Below, piece by piece: positions 19,062 through 29,200 of a stretch of 64,000 bases of DNA; positions within the stretch are counted from its first letter, which is position 1; each line of letters opens with the position of its first letter. Under the pieces are notes generated by a model. That model ran no database searches. It saw only the letters and a list, made by a program, of their open reading frames with translations, and was not told the DNA's origin. The DNA lies in the IMG/VR virus record IMGVR_UViG_3300030085_003924, positions 1-64,000 of that record; one strand, 5' to 3'. The position numbers were made by a program, and so were the translations under genes. The DNA is from an uncultured virus (IMG/VR IMGVR_UViG_3300030085_003924). Lineage: Duplodnaviria > Heunggongvirae > Uroviricota > Caudoviricetes.

Positions 19062-19909
19062 AAAAGGTTTTTGTAGCATTAGCAGATAAAAATTTTATAG
19101 AACATACCAAGAGTTTATTTTATAGTGCAAAAGTAGATGGTAAGTGGGATGGTGATTTTGTATTGTTAGTTCCTGAACAAGATAGAGGTACATTTGATGA
19201 AAAGCTTTTTGAAGATAACGATACTCTTTCTGTTACCATACGATATTGTAAAGGGTTAGTTGGATATCCAAGTGCACATTACTACAAGTATTATTTATGG
19301 ACATACTTTTTCAAAAAATGGGATTGGATTTTTTATTGCGATACAGATGTGTTATTTTTTAATAAAATTGATTTTGATTTAAAGAATAAAAAGAAAGACA
19401 TTCTATATACAAATGATTGTGCGGGAACACCACTTTCTTATCAATTTGAATACAGAGATTATAAAAAAGAGAAATTTGCTGCAGACCAACTTCAAAAATA
19501 TAATTGGATTCAAAAAAACTGGTCAGATAAACCATCCTTTCAAAGTTGTTTTATGTTATTTCACAAAAATCTCATACACGAGAACACATTTGATAACTTG
19601 ATAAAGTTACATTATGAATACTACACATACTATGAATTAATTTTACACGGATTAACGGAAGAACAATCTATTTTAAATGTCGAGTTTATGGATAGATGGG
19701 AAAGTCTCGGAGTGAAATTCCAAAATGTATATCAAAGGGCACAAGATTTAGAATGGAAAATAGATAAAATGGATGAGCCTTACGAAGATAAAAGGGATTA
19801 TAAAAAAGATGGTATTATAGCACAACATTTTTATCAGTTCTTTCAGCCATGGTCAGAACACAATAAAAGATTTTATCCAATATGGAAGGAATATCATGAC
19901 AAATTCTGA
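19058..19909 (+). CDS. Glycosyltransferase family 8-like
   Basis: ADKNFIEH...LFYS, IFYCDTDVL, FQSCFML, EQSILN, HF...QPW. Confidence 0.75.
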   Translation: MKKVFVALADKNFIEHTKSLFYSAKVDGKWDGDFVLLVPEQDRGTFDEKLFEDNDTLSVTIRYCKGLVGYPSAHYYKYYLWTYFFKKWDWIFYCDTDVLFFNKIDFDLKNKKKDILYTNDCAGTPLSYQFEYRDYKKEKFAADQLQKYNWIQKNWSDKPSFQSCFMLFHKNLIHENTFDNLIKLHYEYYTYYELILHGLTEEQSILNVEFMDRWESLGVKFQNVYQRAQDLEWKIDKMDEPYEDKRDYKKDGIIAQHFYQFFQPWSEHNKRFYPIWKEYHDKF

Positions 19910-20879
19910 AAAACATGGTGAGATTATATCATATGATAAAGATGGAAAAATATTCGAGATAGCATGGTATACCAATGGAGTTTTAGATTGTCAATTGGAT
20001 ATTACTGATGGAAAACATTCTTATTATCATGATTCTGAAGAACAAATTCCTTGGCAGAAATACACTATAAAAGATGGTAAACCATCAGGTGAATGGGTAA
20101 TATATCATGGTAATGGACAGATGCAGGAGTACAGAAAGTATAGAAAAGGTGTAAAGGTATCATCTTGGAAGTCTTGGCATCCTGATGGTAACCTTTGGTG
20201 GGAAGAAACATACAAAAATGGTATGAAGAATGGTGTTTGTAGAAAGTGGAGATATGATAAGGTATTAGAATATGAAGGAATGTACAAGGACGATAAAAAA
20301 CATGGGTTGTGGGTAACTTATTATGACAACGGAGTAACAGAATACATAAGGGTATACAAAAACAATAGATTAACTGGAACTGAATATCGATATCACAAAG
20401 AAACAGGAAAACTATGGTCTACTTCAGAATATAAAAATAATAAACGACACGGAAAATTTCAACAATACGATTGGTCAGTAAAACAAAAGAAAATTGTAGT
20501 TCTTGATGCAGAATATAAAAATGATAACCGACACGGAATCAGAAAAGGATATTTTACAAATGGTGCTAAATGGTTTGTGTCAAACTATGTAGATGGTATA
20601 CAGGTTGATGATTGTACTTATTGGCAGATAGATGGTACACCTAAAATAGTGTGTTCTTATAATGAAAATGGAAAACAAGAGGGGAAATGGACAGAGTACT
20701 TCATGGATGGTAGAAAACGGGCAGAAGGTATGATGAAAAATGGAGAGATGGATGGTCAATGGATATTTTGGTATAATACTGGCGAAAAGGAATGTGAGTT
20801 CAAAAGAAAAGATAATATTTTTGTAAATGCAACAGTATATCACGACAATGGAAAAATCAAAGATAAATTTAAAGTATAA
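19896..20879 (+). CDS. MORN-variant repeat protein
   Basis: Many YKNGxxxGxWxxY/WxxxG repeats. Confidence 0.85.
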   Translation: MTNSEKHGEIISYDKDGKIFEIAWYTNGVLDCQLDITDGKHSYYHDSEEQIPWQKYTIKDGKPSGEWVIYHGNGQMQEYRKYRKGVKVSSWKSWHPDGNLWWEETYKNGMKNGVCRKWRYDKVLEYEGMYKDDKKHGLWVTYYDNGVTEYIRVYKNNRLTGTEYRYHKETGKLWSTSEYKNNKRHGKFQQYDWSVKQKKIVVLDAEYKNDNRHGIRKGYFTNGAKWFVSNYVDGIQVDDCTYWQIDGTPKIVCSYNENGKQEGKWTEYFMDGRKRAEGMMKNGEMDGQWIFWYNTGEKECEFKRKDNIFVNATVYHDNGKIKDKFKV

Positions 20880-21900
20880 GAAAATTCCTCATAATGATAA
20901 TGCCATAGAGATTGATGGAAAGGTTGTATTATCATTTGATACGAGATACAAAGAATATTTGAAATGGAGAAAAGAAAATCCAGATTTAGAAAAGTCCTTA
21001 GTCAAGGAATCAGAACAAGAGGCACTTAGAGTAAAATTGTACAACAATGGTGCACCACACGAAACTAAAGATGAGTCTGGTAAACTTCAAGGTAGGCGTA
21101 CATTCTATTATGAAAATGGAAATAAAAAATGGGATGGTGAGTATAAAGATAATAAATTACATGGACATTTAATTCAGTATAGGGAAAATGGAATTAAAAA
21201 ATCTGAAGAAGAATTTCAGAATGGAGTACATATTGGTAAGTACAAATATTATCATCCAAATGGGAAGCTGAGACAATCAGGTAATATAAGAGAGCCACAC
21301 AGACAACATGGAGAAATTAAATCGTATTGGACAAGTGGAAATTTAAAAAGAATAGATAATTTTAATTATGGTATTCGTCAAGGAAAGATGGAAACATATG
21401 AAGTAGATGGAAAATCAGTAATTCAAACAGGACAATATGAAAATAATTATAGAACAGGTGATTGGTTAATGTATTACTTGGGAAGTAAAGATAAATTAAA
21501 AAGAGCAGAAACATATGACCATTCAGTTATGGTGAAGGTAGTTGATTGGAACAAGAATGGACAAAAGGTTAGTGAGGCAATCAAGGAGATTAATACGGGT
21601 ACAAACCAAGTCTTGGTGGGATCCCAATGGAGAAATTTTGCATGGTACGATAATGGAGTAAAAAAACATGACAGAGTTTATCGAGGTAATAAAGGTCACG
21701 GAAAATGGACAGAGTGGTATTCAACAGGAATTAAGAGAGCCGAGGGTGATATGAAATACGATGCCATGCAGGGTAAATGGACATTTTGGAATCATATCGG
21801 AAATAAAGAGTTGGAATGTGAATTTGATTTTGGTGAAGTAGTGAATAAGGCAAAAATATGGAATGATAATGGTGAACTGAAACAGGAGATTAAACTTTAG
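20827..21900 (+). CDS. MORN-variant repeat protein with distinct N-terminal domain (start uncertain)
   Basis: YKEYLKW N-terminal segment, then YYENG/YHPNG/WYDNG repeats. Confidence 0.8.
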   Translation: MQQYITTMEKSKINLKYKKIPHNDNAIEIDGKVVLSFDTRYKEYLKWRKENPDLEKSLVKESEQEALRVKLYNNGAPHETKDESGKLQGRRTFYYENGNKKWDGEYKDNKLHGHLIQYRENGIKKSEEEFQNGVHIGKYKYYHPNGKLRQSGNIREPHRQHGEIKSYWTSGNLKRIDNFNYGIRQGKMETYEVDGKSVIQTGQYENNYRTGDWLMYYLGSKDKLKRAETYDHSVMVKVVDWNKNGQKVSEAIKEINTGTNQVLVGSQWRNFAWYDNGVKKHDRVYRGNKGHGKWTEWYSTGIKRAEGDMKYDAMQGKWTFWNHIGNKELECEFDFGEVVNKAKIWNDNGELKQEIKL

Positions 21901-22701
21901 ATGAAATCATATGTGATATATTTACCAAAATCAGAGTTAAGTACAAAATCTGCTAATAATGTTATTGATGTTGCAAAAAAAGTTGGTAATGTTGAAGTAG
22001 AATTATGGGAAGGTGTAGATAAATTTCAAGCAGAAAGTTTACTTGAAAAATATCAATATTTACCTGACATCCACAGGTTCACAGCATTTAGCTATTTTGA
22101 ACCAGCACTTGGGTGTTTTTTCTCACATCATTCACTATGGGAAGAATCGGTTAGAACTAATGAAAGAATAATGATATTAGAACACGATGCATTATTTTAC
22201 AAAGAGTTTATTGATTGTGAATTTGAAGGAGTGTTAAATATTGGTAAACCATTGTGGGGTTTTAGAAATTGGGATGAGTCTCCGAATGGATTACTTGAAA
22301 GAGATTGTAATAATGAACACAACTTTTTTAACACTCGTGATCATAATTATTGTCAATGTGATACATCCTTTTTATATGGTGCACATGCATATATAGTTAC
22401 ACCAAAAGTTTCTGAGATGTTATTAGAAAAAGCAAAGATTGAGATAGTTCCAGCAGATTGTTTTATAGAATCTCACAGACATGCCAAGATGAGAATACCA
22501 GTTGCAGATTATTTACCTCATTGTGTAGAACAAGTTCAAGAATTTTCATTGATACAGAGAGCAACTGAAGTTCAAGATTGGTGGGCAAGTAGAGAAGATT
22601 TTATCTTTGGTAAGAAAGCTTGGGACGAGTACAAAAATACAACTATTAAGGGAATCTCAACGGATGGAAATAGAGTTGTTGTTAGAAAATTAAAAGAATA
22701 A
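21901..22701 (+). CDS. Glycosyltransferase family 25
   Basis: SYVIYL, GVD, LGCFFSHHSLW, MILEHDA, GAHAYIVTP, PAD. Confidence 0.85.
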   Translation: MKSYVIYLPKSELSTKSANNVIDVAKKVGNVEVELWEGVDKFQAESLLEKYQYLPDIHRFTAFSYFEPALGCFFSHHSLWEESVRTNERIMILEHDALFYKEFIDCEFEGVLNIGKPLWGFRNWDESPNGLLERDCNNEHNFFNTRDHNYCQCDTSFLYGAHAYIVTPKVSEMLLEKAKIEIVPADCFIESHRHAKMRIPVADYLPHCVEQVQEFSLIQRATEVQDWWASREDFIFGKKAWDEYKNTTIKGISTDGNRVVVRKLKE

Positions 22702-22713
22702 AAGGATAAAATT

Positions 22714-23634
22714 ATGATTAGTTTTATTATACCATATTGTACAATAGAAAAAGATAAATTTTTAAATTTAAATGAAAAGGAGTTACTACATTGGTTAGAA
22801 AATGATTCTTCCAATATACTACATTCGACTATAAAAACTATTAGAAATGTTAACACTTTAAAATGTGAAAAAGAAATATTGATAATAGATAATAGTCATA
22901 CTTTTCCAGATATTGATTTACCAAATGTTAGGGTAATCAAGGGTTGGCAAGCACTTCCACGAGAAGAACTTGAGAATATTCCTGATTTTATGAACCATAA
23001 AGATATTCAATCAAGTTTAGATAATTTTGGTTGTTTGACTATGTGGGTGTCCATGGCATTTCATCAAGGAACACAAGAGGCAAAAGGTGATTATGTGATA
23101 TTAAATCATAATGATGTTTTTTATCATCAAGATTGTATTGATGAAATGATAAAACAAATGGAAGAAGAAAAACTTGAGTACATTTCTGTTGATAATAAAA
23201 AAATATGGATTTCTGCATATCTGTCAAATAAAGATGTATTGGATAAATATATAAAAGATTATACGGCACAACCAGTGGTGATGAGGCCAGAACAAGGTGG
23301 GTATGTGAAAACCAAAAAGATTGGGTTTGCAGATGCGTATTTTTTCCTATGTAAGAGAAAGTTCTTTGATACTTATAATGTAGATTGGGTATATCAAGAT
23401 ACGAATCACGGAGCAACTATGTATTGTCTTGAAAATAATTTGAATTATTTACATTTAGGGCCATACTATGATAATCCCAACTTCGATACAAAAGATGTTT
23501 TACACACATACAACTATAAAGGAAAACCATTTTTGAGTCATCTCAAAGGGGGATTTTCAGAGAGTAAAATGACATCATCTGATTTTTCAGATGAATTTAT
23601 AAAATATTTAGAGGAACTACAAAATGCAAAATGA
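22714..23634 (+). CDS. Glycosyltransferase family 2-like
   Basis: ISFIIPY, EILIIDNS, AKGDYVILNHNDV. Confidence 0.75.
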   Translation: MISFIIPYCTIEKDKFLNLNEKELLHWLENDSSNILHSTIKTIRNVNTLKCEKEILIIDNSHTFPDIDLPNVRVIKGWQALPREELENIPDFMNHKDIQSSLDNFGCLTMWVSMAFHQGTQEAKGDYVILNHNDVFYHQDCIDEMIKQMEEEKLEYISVDNKKIWISAYLSNKDVLDKYIKDYTAQPVVMRPEQGGYVKTKKIGFADAYFFLCKRKFFDTYNVDWVYQDTNHGATMYCLENNLNYLHLGPYYDNPNFDTKDVLHTYNYKGKPFLSHLKGGFSESKMTSSDFSDEFIKYLEELQNAK

Positions 23635-24544
23635 ACACACTCTATGGGTAGAAAAGTATCGGCCTTTAACACTCGACACTTATATTGGTAATGACCAATT
23701 AAAAAGTAAAGTCGGAGTGTACTTAGAGAGTGGAGACTTACCACATCTTTTACTATATGGAAAGGCTGGTACAGGTAAGACCACTCTCGCTAAATTACTC
23801 GTTAATAACATAGATTGTGATTATCTATACATTAACGCATCAGATGAAAATAATGTTGAAACAGTAAGGACTAAGGTTAAAAATTTCGCCTCTACTATGG
23901 GTTTCAAGGACTACAAGGTTATCATCTTGGATGAGTGTGATTATATCACACCAAATGCCCAAGCCGCCCTTCGTAATCTCATGGAGACATTCTCAAAACA
24001 TTGTCGATTCATCTTGACTTGTAATTTTGTCGAGAGAATAATCGATCCGATACAATCCCGTTGTCAGGCATTTCAAGTAATCCCACCAAACAAACAAGAT
24101 GTAGCAAAACATCTACACAATATTTTGACAGAGGAAAATATAAATTATGAAAGGGAAGATTTAGGTTTGTTGGTTAATAGTGGTTATCCTGATATAAGAC
24201 GAGTTATCAATGGAGCTCAAAGACAGGCAGTTGATGGTATATTGACGATTGATAAACAGAGTATTGTAGAGAATGATTATAAATTAAAGTTGTTAAAGAT
24301 ATTGGAAACTCAGGATAAGAAAAGTGCCTTCAATAATGTTCGTCAATTGATGGCAGATTCAAAGGTTACGGATTTTGCTGATTTATTTAGACTTCTATAT
24401 GATGAGGTTGATACTTATGGTAAAGGACATATCGCCGCCTGTATCTTAGTTATAGCAAAATATGAATTAAGTGATGCACAAGTAGTTGATAAAGAAATTA
24501 ACGCGATGGCAATGATAATAGAGTTATTAGGAATAATAAAATAA
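23624..24544 (+). CDS. Clamp loader AAA+ subunit (RFC small subunit/T4 gp44-like)
   Basis: LWVEKYRP, Walker A GKAGTGKTT, INASDE, ILDECD, AQAALR, IQSRC. Confidence 0.95.
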   Translation: MQNEHTLWVEKYRPLTLDTYIGNDQLKSKVGVYLESGDLPHLLLYGKAGTGKTTLAKLLVNNIDCDYLYINASDENNVETVRTKVKNFASTMGFKDYKVIILDECDYITPNAQAALRNLMETFSKHCRFILTCNFVERIIDPIQSRCQAFQVIPPNKQDVAKHLHNILTEENINYEREDLGLLVNSGYPDIRRVINGAQRQAVDGILTIDKQSIVENDYKLKLLKILETQDKKSAFNNVRQLMADSKVTDFADLFRLLYDEVDTYGKGHIAACILVIAKYELSDAQVVDKEINAMAMIIELLGIIK

Positions 24545-24555
24545 AAGGAGTCGTA

Positions 24556-24774
24556 ATGTATTACGAAGCACAGGTTGTATTTACTGAAGAAATTGATACT
24601 AAAAATGGAGTTAAGGAAAAGAAAGTCCGACGCAACTATTTAGTAGAGTGTGATTCAGTATCAGTAGCAGAAGCAAAGGTAAATGAGTTTTTAAAAGATT
24701 CAGCATTTTTCTTTGAAGTAAAGGTAGCAAAAGAATCTAAAATAGTGGATGTAATAGAACAAAATCATGAATAA
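24556..24774 (+). CDS. DUF4494-like small protein
   Basis: KKVRRNYLVECDSVSVAEAKV...ESKIVDV; AAGGAG SD. Confidence 0.7.
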   Translation: MYYEAQVVFTEEIDTKNGVKEKKVRRNYLVECDSVSVAEAKVNEFLKDSAFFFEVKVAKESKIVDVIEQNHE

Positions 24775-25369
24775 AAAATATTGGGGTGAGAAATCACCAA
24801 CACAAAAAAACACACAAGGTAATAAACAAGAAAAACATATATCAGTTCACGAGAATAAAATTTACTATTACTCGAATGTGAATAGAGATAGTGCATCTGA
24901 ACTAAATAAAAAGATAGGTGAGATAGAATCTAAAAGTTTAACTTTAACTAATACATTAGATTTAGACCAACCACCATCAATAAGAATATATATCAACTCA
25001 GGTGGTGGTTCAGTTACTGCTGGTATTTCATCAATGGACACGATATTAAGGGCTAAAGTACCTATCCATACTTATGTCGATGGGTTTGCAGCAAGTGCAG
25101 CAACATTCTTATCTGTGGTTGGTAATCAGAGATTTATGAGTAGAAATTCTTATATGTTAATTCATCAATTATCAAGTTCGTTTTGGGGAACATACTCAAA
25201 CTTCGAGGATGAGAAACAGAATCTTGATTTGATGATGAAAACCATTAAAAATGTATATAAAAAATATACTAAAGTTCCGATGAAAAAACTTGACGAAATA
25301 TTAAAACACGATTTATTATGGGACTCTGAAACTTGTCTAAAGTATGGGTTGATTGATGAGATAATATAA
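24767..25369 (+). CDS. clpP: ClpP-like serine protease 1
   Basis: IYINSGGG, AASAA (Ser), MLIHQ (His), HDLLW (Asp), YGLIDEII. Confidence 0.88.
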   Translation: MNKKYWGEKSPTQKNTQGNKQEKHISVHENKIYYYSNVNRDSASELNKKIGEIESKSLTLTNTLDLDQPPSIRIYINSGGGSVTAGISSMDTILRAKVPIHTYVDGFAASAATFLSVVGNQRFMSRNSYMLIHQLSSSFWGTYSNFEDEKQNLDLMMKTIKNVYKKYTKVPMKKLDEILKHDLLWDSETCLKYGLIDEII

Positions 25370-26442
25370 TGAAACCACTTGTACCTCAATGCTTGATTGG
25401 TCATAAGTTTGTAAGGGTAGATGAAGATAAAAATTATTTTCTTTGTTGTAGATCACCAATAATCGGTAATTATGATACCGATGGTTCTTTTAAGGAGTTT
25501 TGGAAATCAGACAAGTATAATAATTTACGAAAAAGATTAAAGTATGATTTAAAAGGTCAAAATAAAGAATGGGGTGGTGTTTGTTTTGAATGTCCACATT
25601 ATGAACAGGTAAAAATGTTATATGAAGATGGACAAATTGTAGATGAATCACCAAAATTAGGACCTGAAACATTTGACATTGTGATTGGAAATCCTTGTAA
25701 TCATAAATGTAATTTTTGTTGGAATTGGTCTTATGATATGCTAGAAAATAATGCTCAACGAAGTGATTTTAAAGAATGGTCAAAAAAACATATTGATTTA
25801 GAAACCTATGTTTCTATGTTAAATGACTTAGAATCACTTGGTGGATGTGAATGGATATCGATGAGTGGTGGTGGTGAACCTTTTGTTGTACCAAACATTA
25901 TGAAGATGATACAACATACAAAAAACTTAGGATTTAAATTGAAAATGTTTACTAATTTTTCAAGGGTTAATTCTGAGGATATAGATAACTTTATTGAGTG
26001 GGGCGTAGACAGATTTGAAATAAATATTTCGGCAGGAACAGAAGAAACTTATTGTAAGTCAAGAAAGTTAAAGTCTAAGGATTGGAATTTGCTATTAGAT
26101 AACCTTAGATATATGAAATCAAAAAAAGAAGAATTGGGTAAAGGTTTACCTCGATTTAAATATGTGGTTGTTATGACCAAAGAGAACATAGAGGAAGTAG
26201 ATGAAATCTTTCAGTTGGCTGTAGAGTATGGTTCTGATTTTATAGATTTCAGAAATATGATGGGAGAAGTTTACAATGGTGAATATCTATCACCAACGGA
26301 GAATCAAATAGAAAAATTTAATATAAAGTTTATTGATAATATAAAAAAATATGATTTCGAAGTGGTCGAAGGAGAATATTATTTTTATTCTGAAAAATTT
26401 AAATTAGGAGTATACAATGAAAGTTTTAGTAGTTGGGGATAG
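25369..26442 (+). CDS. Radical SAM protein with N-terminal SPASM-like domain
   Basis: C...LCC..IGNY...FKEFWKS...CFECPH; CNHKCNFC; SGGGEPF; INISAGTEETY. Confidence 0.88.
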   Translation: MKPLVPQCLIGHKFVRVDEDKNYFLCCRSPIIGNYDTDGSFKEFWKSDKYNNLRKRLKYDLKGQNKEWGGVCFECPHYEQVKMLYEDGQIVDESPKLGPETFDIVIGNPCNHKCNFCWNWSYDMLENNAQRSDFKEWSKKHIDLETYVSMLNDLESLGGCEWISMSGGGEPFVVPNIMKMIQHTKNLGFKLKMFTNFSRVNSEDIDNFIEWGVDRFEINISAGTEETYCKSRKLKSKDWNLLLDNLRYMKSKKEELGKGLPRFKYVVVMTKENIEEVDEIFQLAVEYGSDFIDFRNMMGEVYNGEYLSPTENQIEKFNIKFIDNIKKYDFEVVEGEYYFYSEKFKLGVYNESFSSWG

Positions 26443-27202
26443 TTGTCAAGATATTTTTATATATGGTGATATAGAAAGAATTAGTCCTGAAGCACCAGTA
26501 CCAGTATTTGTTCCAACCAAAACTGAAAAAAATGATGGTATGGGTAGAAATGTTTCGAATAATGTTGAATCATTAGAGATGAATATATCTACTATTACTA
26601 ATAAAAATGGTATAGTTAAAAAAAGGTATGTTGATAATCGTAGTGGTCAAATGGTATTGAGAGTTGATGAACATGATTATTGTGAACGGATAGATAAGAA
26701 AGTTTTAGAAACTATACGGAACAATGAATGCAAACCACATTTTAATGATGTAACAAAAGTCGATGCAATTATTATATCAGATTATTGTAAGGGCTTTTTA
26801 GAAGAAGAAGATATTCAATTTATATGTGAAAATAATGACAATGTATTTATAGATACTAAAAAACAACTCGGTAATTTTATTCAAAGTGCCGATTTTATAA
26901 AAATAAATGAATTAGAATATAAAAAAAATCATGAAGTATTATCTGATGGTTTTGAAGATAAACTTATTGTTACTTTAGGTAGTAAGGGATGTAGATATAA
27001 AAATACAATTTTTTCTGTTCCTGAAGTACCCGTTAGAGATGTGAGTGGAGCAGGAGATACATTTCTTGCAGGATTGGTTCGTGGTTACTTGGATACGGGC
27101 GATATAGTTGAGGGAATAAAATTTGCACAAAGATGTACTACACTTGTCGTACAAAAACACGGAGTTGCAACCGTAAAATTAAAGGAGTTACAAAATGGCT
27201 AA
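26417..27202 (+). CDS. rfaE: Heptose-7-phosphate kinase (HldE/RfaE domain I, PfkB family)
   Basis: VVGDSCQD...ERISPEAPVPV, IISDYCKG, DVSGAGDTF. Confidence 0.88.
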   Translation: MKVLVVGDSCQDIFIYGDIERISPEAPVPVFVPTKTEKNDGMGRNVSNNVESLEMNISTITNKNGIVKKRYVDNRSGQMVLRVDEHDYCERIDKKVLETIRNNECKPHFNDVTKVDAIIISDYCKGFLEEEDIQFICENNDNVFIDTKKQLGNFIQSADFIKINELEYKKNHEVLSDGFEDKLIVTLGSKGCRYKNTIFSVPEVPVRDVSGAGDTFLAGLVRGYLDTGDIVEGIKFAQRCTTLVVQKHGVATVKLKELQNG

Positions 27203-27488
27203 AAGAAAACTACCACCACAAGGGACACAACAAGTTCAAGTTGATTTATCAAAGGCTGAAACTTTAAAATGTGATTCTTGTGGTAACTATCTTTTTATAC
27301 AGGCAAATGTAATTAAGAGAATATCAGCAATTATGTCACCAACGGGACAAGAAGCAGTGGTTCCTGTTCAAGTGTATAGTTGTGGAAATTGTGGAACAGT
27401 TCCAAAGATGTTCATGGAAGGTGCTGGTCTTGATGGTATAGAAGAACCAAAACAAGATTCACTTTCACGACCTGATTTGATGGGGTAA
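27195..27488 (+). CDS. Zinc-ribbon hypothetical protein
   Basis: CDSCG ... CGNCG; AAGGAG SD. Confidence 0.7.
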   Translation: MAKRKLPPQGTQQVQVDLSKAETLKCDSCGNYLFIQANVIKRISAIMSPTGQEAVVPVQVYSCGNCGTVPKMFMEGAGLDGIEEPKQDSLSRPDLMG

Positions 27489-27489
27489 A

Positions 27490-27894
27490 ATGAAAAAGAA
27501 AAAAGATGATAAACCATTAGATTATGTAGAGAATAAATCAATACTACCTTATGGTGATAATCGTGGTGCTCCTGCAATTAAACCAACAGATATCAATAGT
27601 TGGAAAAATGAAAGGATAACCACAACCAATCATTATTTTGAAACAAGATACAATGAGATAAAAGAGGAATATATTAGGTTGATGCAAGAGTACGAGTGGA
27701 ATCAACTTGTATATAATGCTCAGTATAATTTTCAACCAGTTTTAGGTCATACTTATTATTTATATCAACACGAAAAAGGTCATTTGTGGTTGAGTTTGAT
27801 AGAACCAAACCAATGGTCACAGATATTTATTGGTGCATTTAAATTGACATCAAACGATAAATGGGAGAAGGTAGAGTGGACTACACCACAATAG
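27490..27894 (+). CDS. DUF2452-like protein
   Basis: LPYG...APAI, VYNAQYNFQPVLGHTYYLY, LSLIEPNQW. Confidence 0.75.
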   Translation: MKKKKDDKPLDYVENKSILPYGDNRGAPAIKPTDINSWKNERITTTNHYFETRYNEIKEEYIRLMQEYEWNQLVYNAQYNFQPVLGHTYYLYQHEKGHLWLSLIEPNQWSQIFIGAFKLTSNDKWEKVEWTTPQ

Positions 27895-28526
27895 AAAAAG
27901 TATCTTTGGAAATTGCAAACCATTGGTCAGATACAAATTTCTTAGATGAAAGAAACGATAACTCTGGTGTGCTTGTAGCGTTCGATTGGAAAGAAAATAA
28001 CAATGGTGAATATTATTTATCAGAAATAAATACCAATATCGATTTGGGTAAACTTGAATCTGAAAAATTTGACTATAATGCCTTTTCAATATTTTTAAAA
28101 GTAAATGAATATACATTTGTAGTTGGTTTGGATAATGTAAATTTTAGTCCAAGTGATGAGTGGTTAGATAAATTAAAAAATTCTTTAAAATCCAAATCTG
28201 TTGGTTATGATAAATATACAGTTCAGGCATGGCCATCCCCTATTCCAAGATTAGAAACACCGAATAATGTTTTTATTTTGAGATATTGTTTTGATACTAA
28301 CAACCAAATTGATGAACTTGCTGCTAGTAATGAACTTTTCAGTATGTTTATTAAGGAAAGTGAGTGGAGACATCATCAGATATTTAAAGCTTCAACAGAT
28401 TGGGATAAAATCAAAGAAAAAAAACGAGTTATAGTGATGTGTAGTGAGGTCAAAAATATCATATTACACAGAGAGTATGTAAAAGAGCCAAAGCATGTTA
28501 TATTACATAGAGAGTCTATGAAATGA
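27876..28526 (+). CDS. Hypothetical protein (weak ATP-grasp-like DW...YYLSEINTN motif)
   Basis: ORF fills the gap between neighbours; GTG start at 27876 is uncertain. Confidence 0.45.
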   Translation: MDYTTIEKVSLEIANHWSDTNFLDERNDNSGVLVAFDWKENNNGEYYLSEINTNIDLGKLESEKFDYNAFSIFLKVNEYTFVVGLDNVNFSPSDEWLDKLKNSLKSKSVGYDKYTVQAWPSPIPRLETPNNVFILRYCFDTNNQIDELAASNELFSMFIKESEWRHHQIFKASTDWDKIKEKKRVIVMCSEVKNIILHREYVKEPKHVILHRESMK

Positions 28527-29200
28527 AAAAAATTTTATACACCATAGGAGATAGTTGGACATATGGATACGAATTAGAGAATCCTGAAACAGAATGTTAT
28601 CCATACCTATTATCCAAAAAGTTAGGATGTGATTTGATAAATGAAGGATTACCTGCCGCATCAAATGATTGGATGTTTAGAAAATCAATCGAGTGGATAA
28701 TTAAGAATGATATTTCAAAATTAGAATTATTTATAGTTGGGTGGTCTTTTCCTTGGAGACGAGAGGAGAATTTTAGTTTTTATCATGGTGGTGATCCTAA
28801 ATCTGAAAGAAAAAGTTATGCACATGGACCCGATGGTGAACCAATCTCTAAATGGATTAGTGAAAATTTGTTTGATGTGAGGTTATCCTATATAAAAACC
28901 TTTACTTATATTTATACACTACAAGAAATATTAAAAAGTAAAAAAATTAATTATTTGTTTTATCATCCTTTAGACGATATTTTCGTTCAAGATGAATGGT
29001 ATGAGAAAAACATCAAATCTGATGTTCATGATATTTATTTACAGATAGATTGGGATAAGAGTGTGGGTCCTGATTTCAATGGAAATTCTGTCATCCCAAG
29101 AGATGAACTCAGACATACATTGGGACATCCCAATAAAAAAGAAACAGAATGGTTGGCTGACCAACTATTTAATTTTATAGAGAAAAATAATGGAATTTAA
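28523..29200 (+). CDS. SGNH/GDSL hydrolase-like protein (paralog of 15715)
   Basis: LYTIGDSWTYGYEL, AASNDWMFR, IVGWS...RRE, GHPN. Confidence 0.72.
   Translation: MKKILYTIGDSWTYGYELENPETECYPYLLSKKLGCDLINEGLPAASNDWMFRKSIEWIIKNDISKLELFIVGWSFPWRREENFSFYHGGDPKSERKSYAHGPDGEPISKWISENLFDVRLSYIKTFTYIYTLQEILKSKKINYLFYHPLDDIFVQDEWYEKNIKSDVHDIYLQIDWDKSVGPDFNGNSVIPRDELRHTLGHPNKKETEWLADQLFNFIEKNNGI

Noticed and set aside
17243..21900. Diversity-generating retroelement behind the repeat proteins
   Set aside because: No reverse transcriptase and no template/variable repeat pair differing only at adenines was seen
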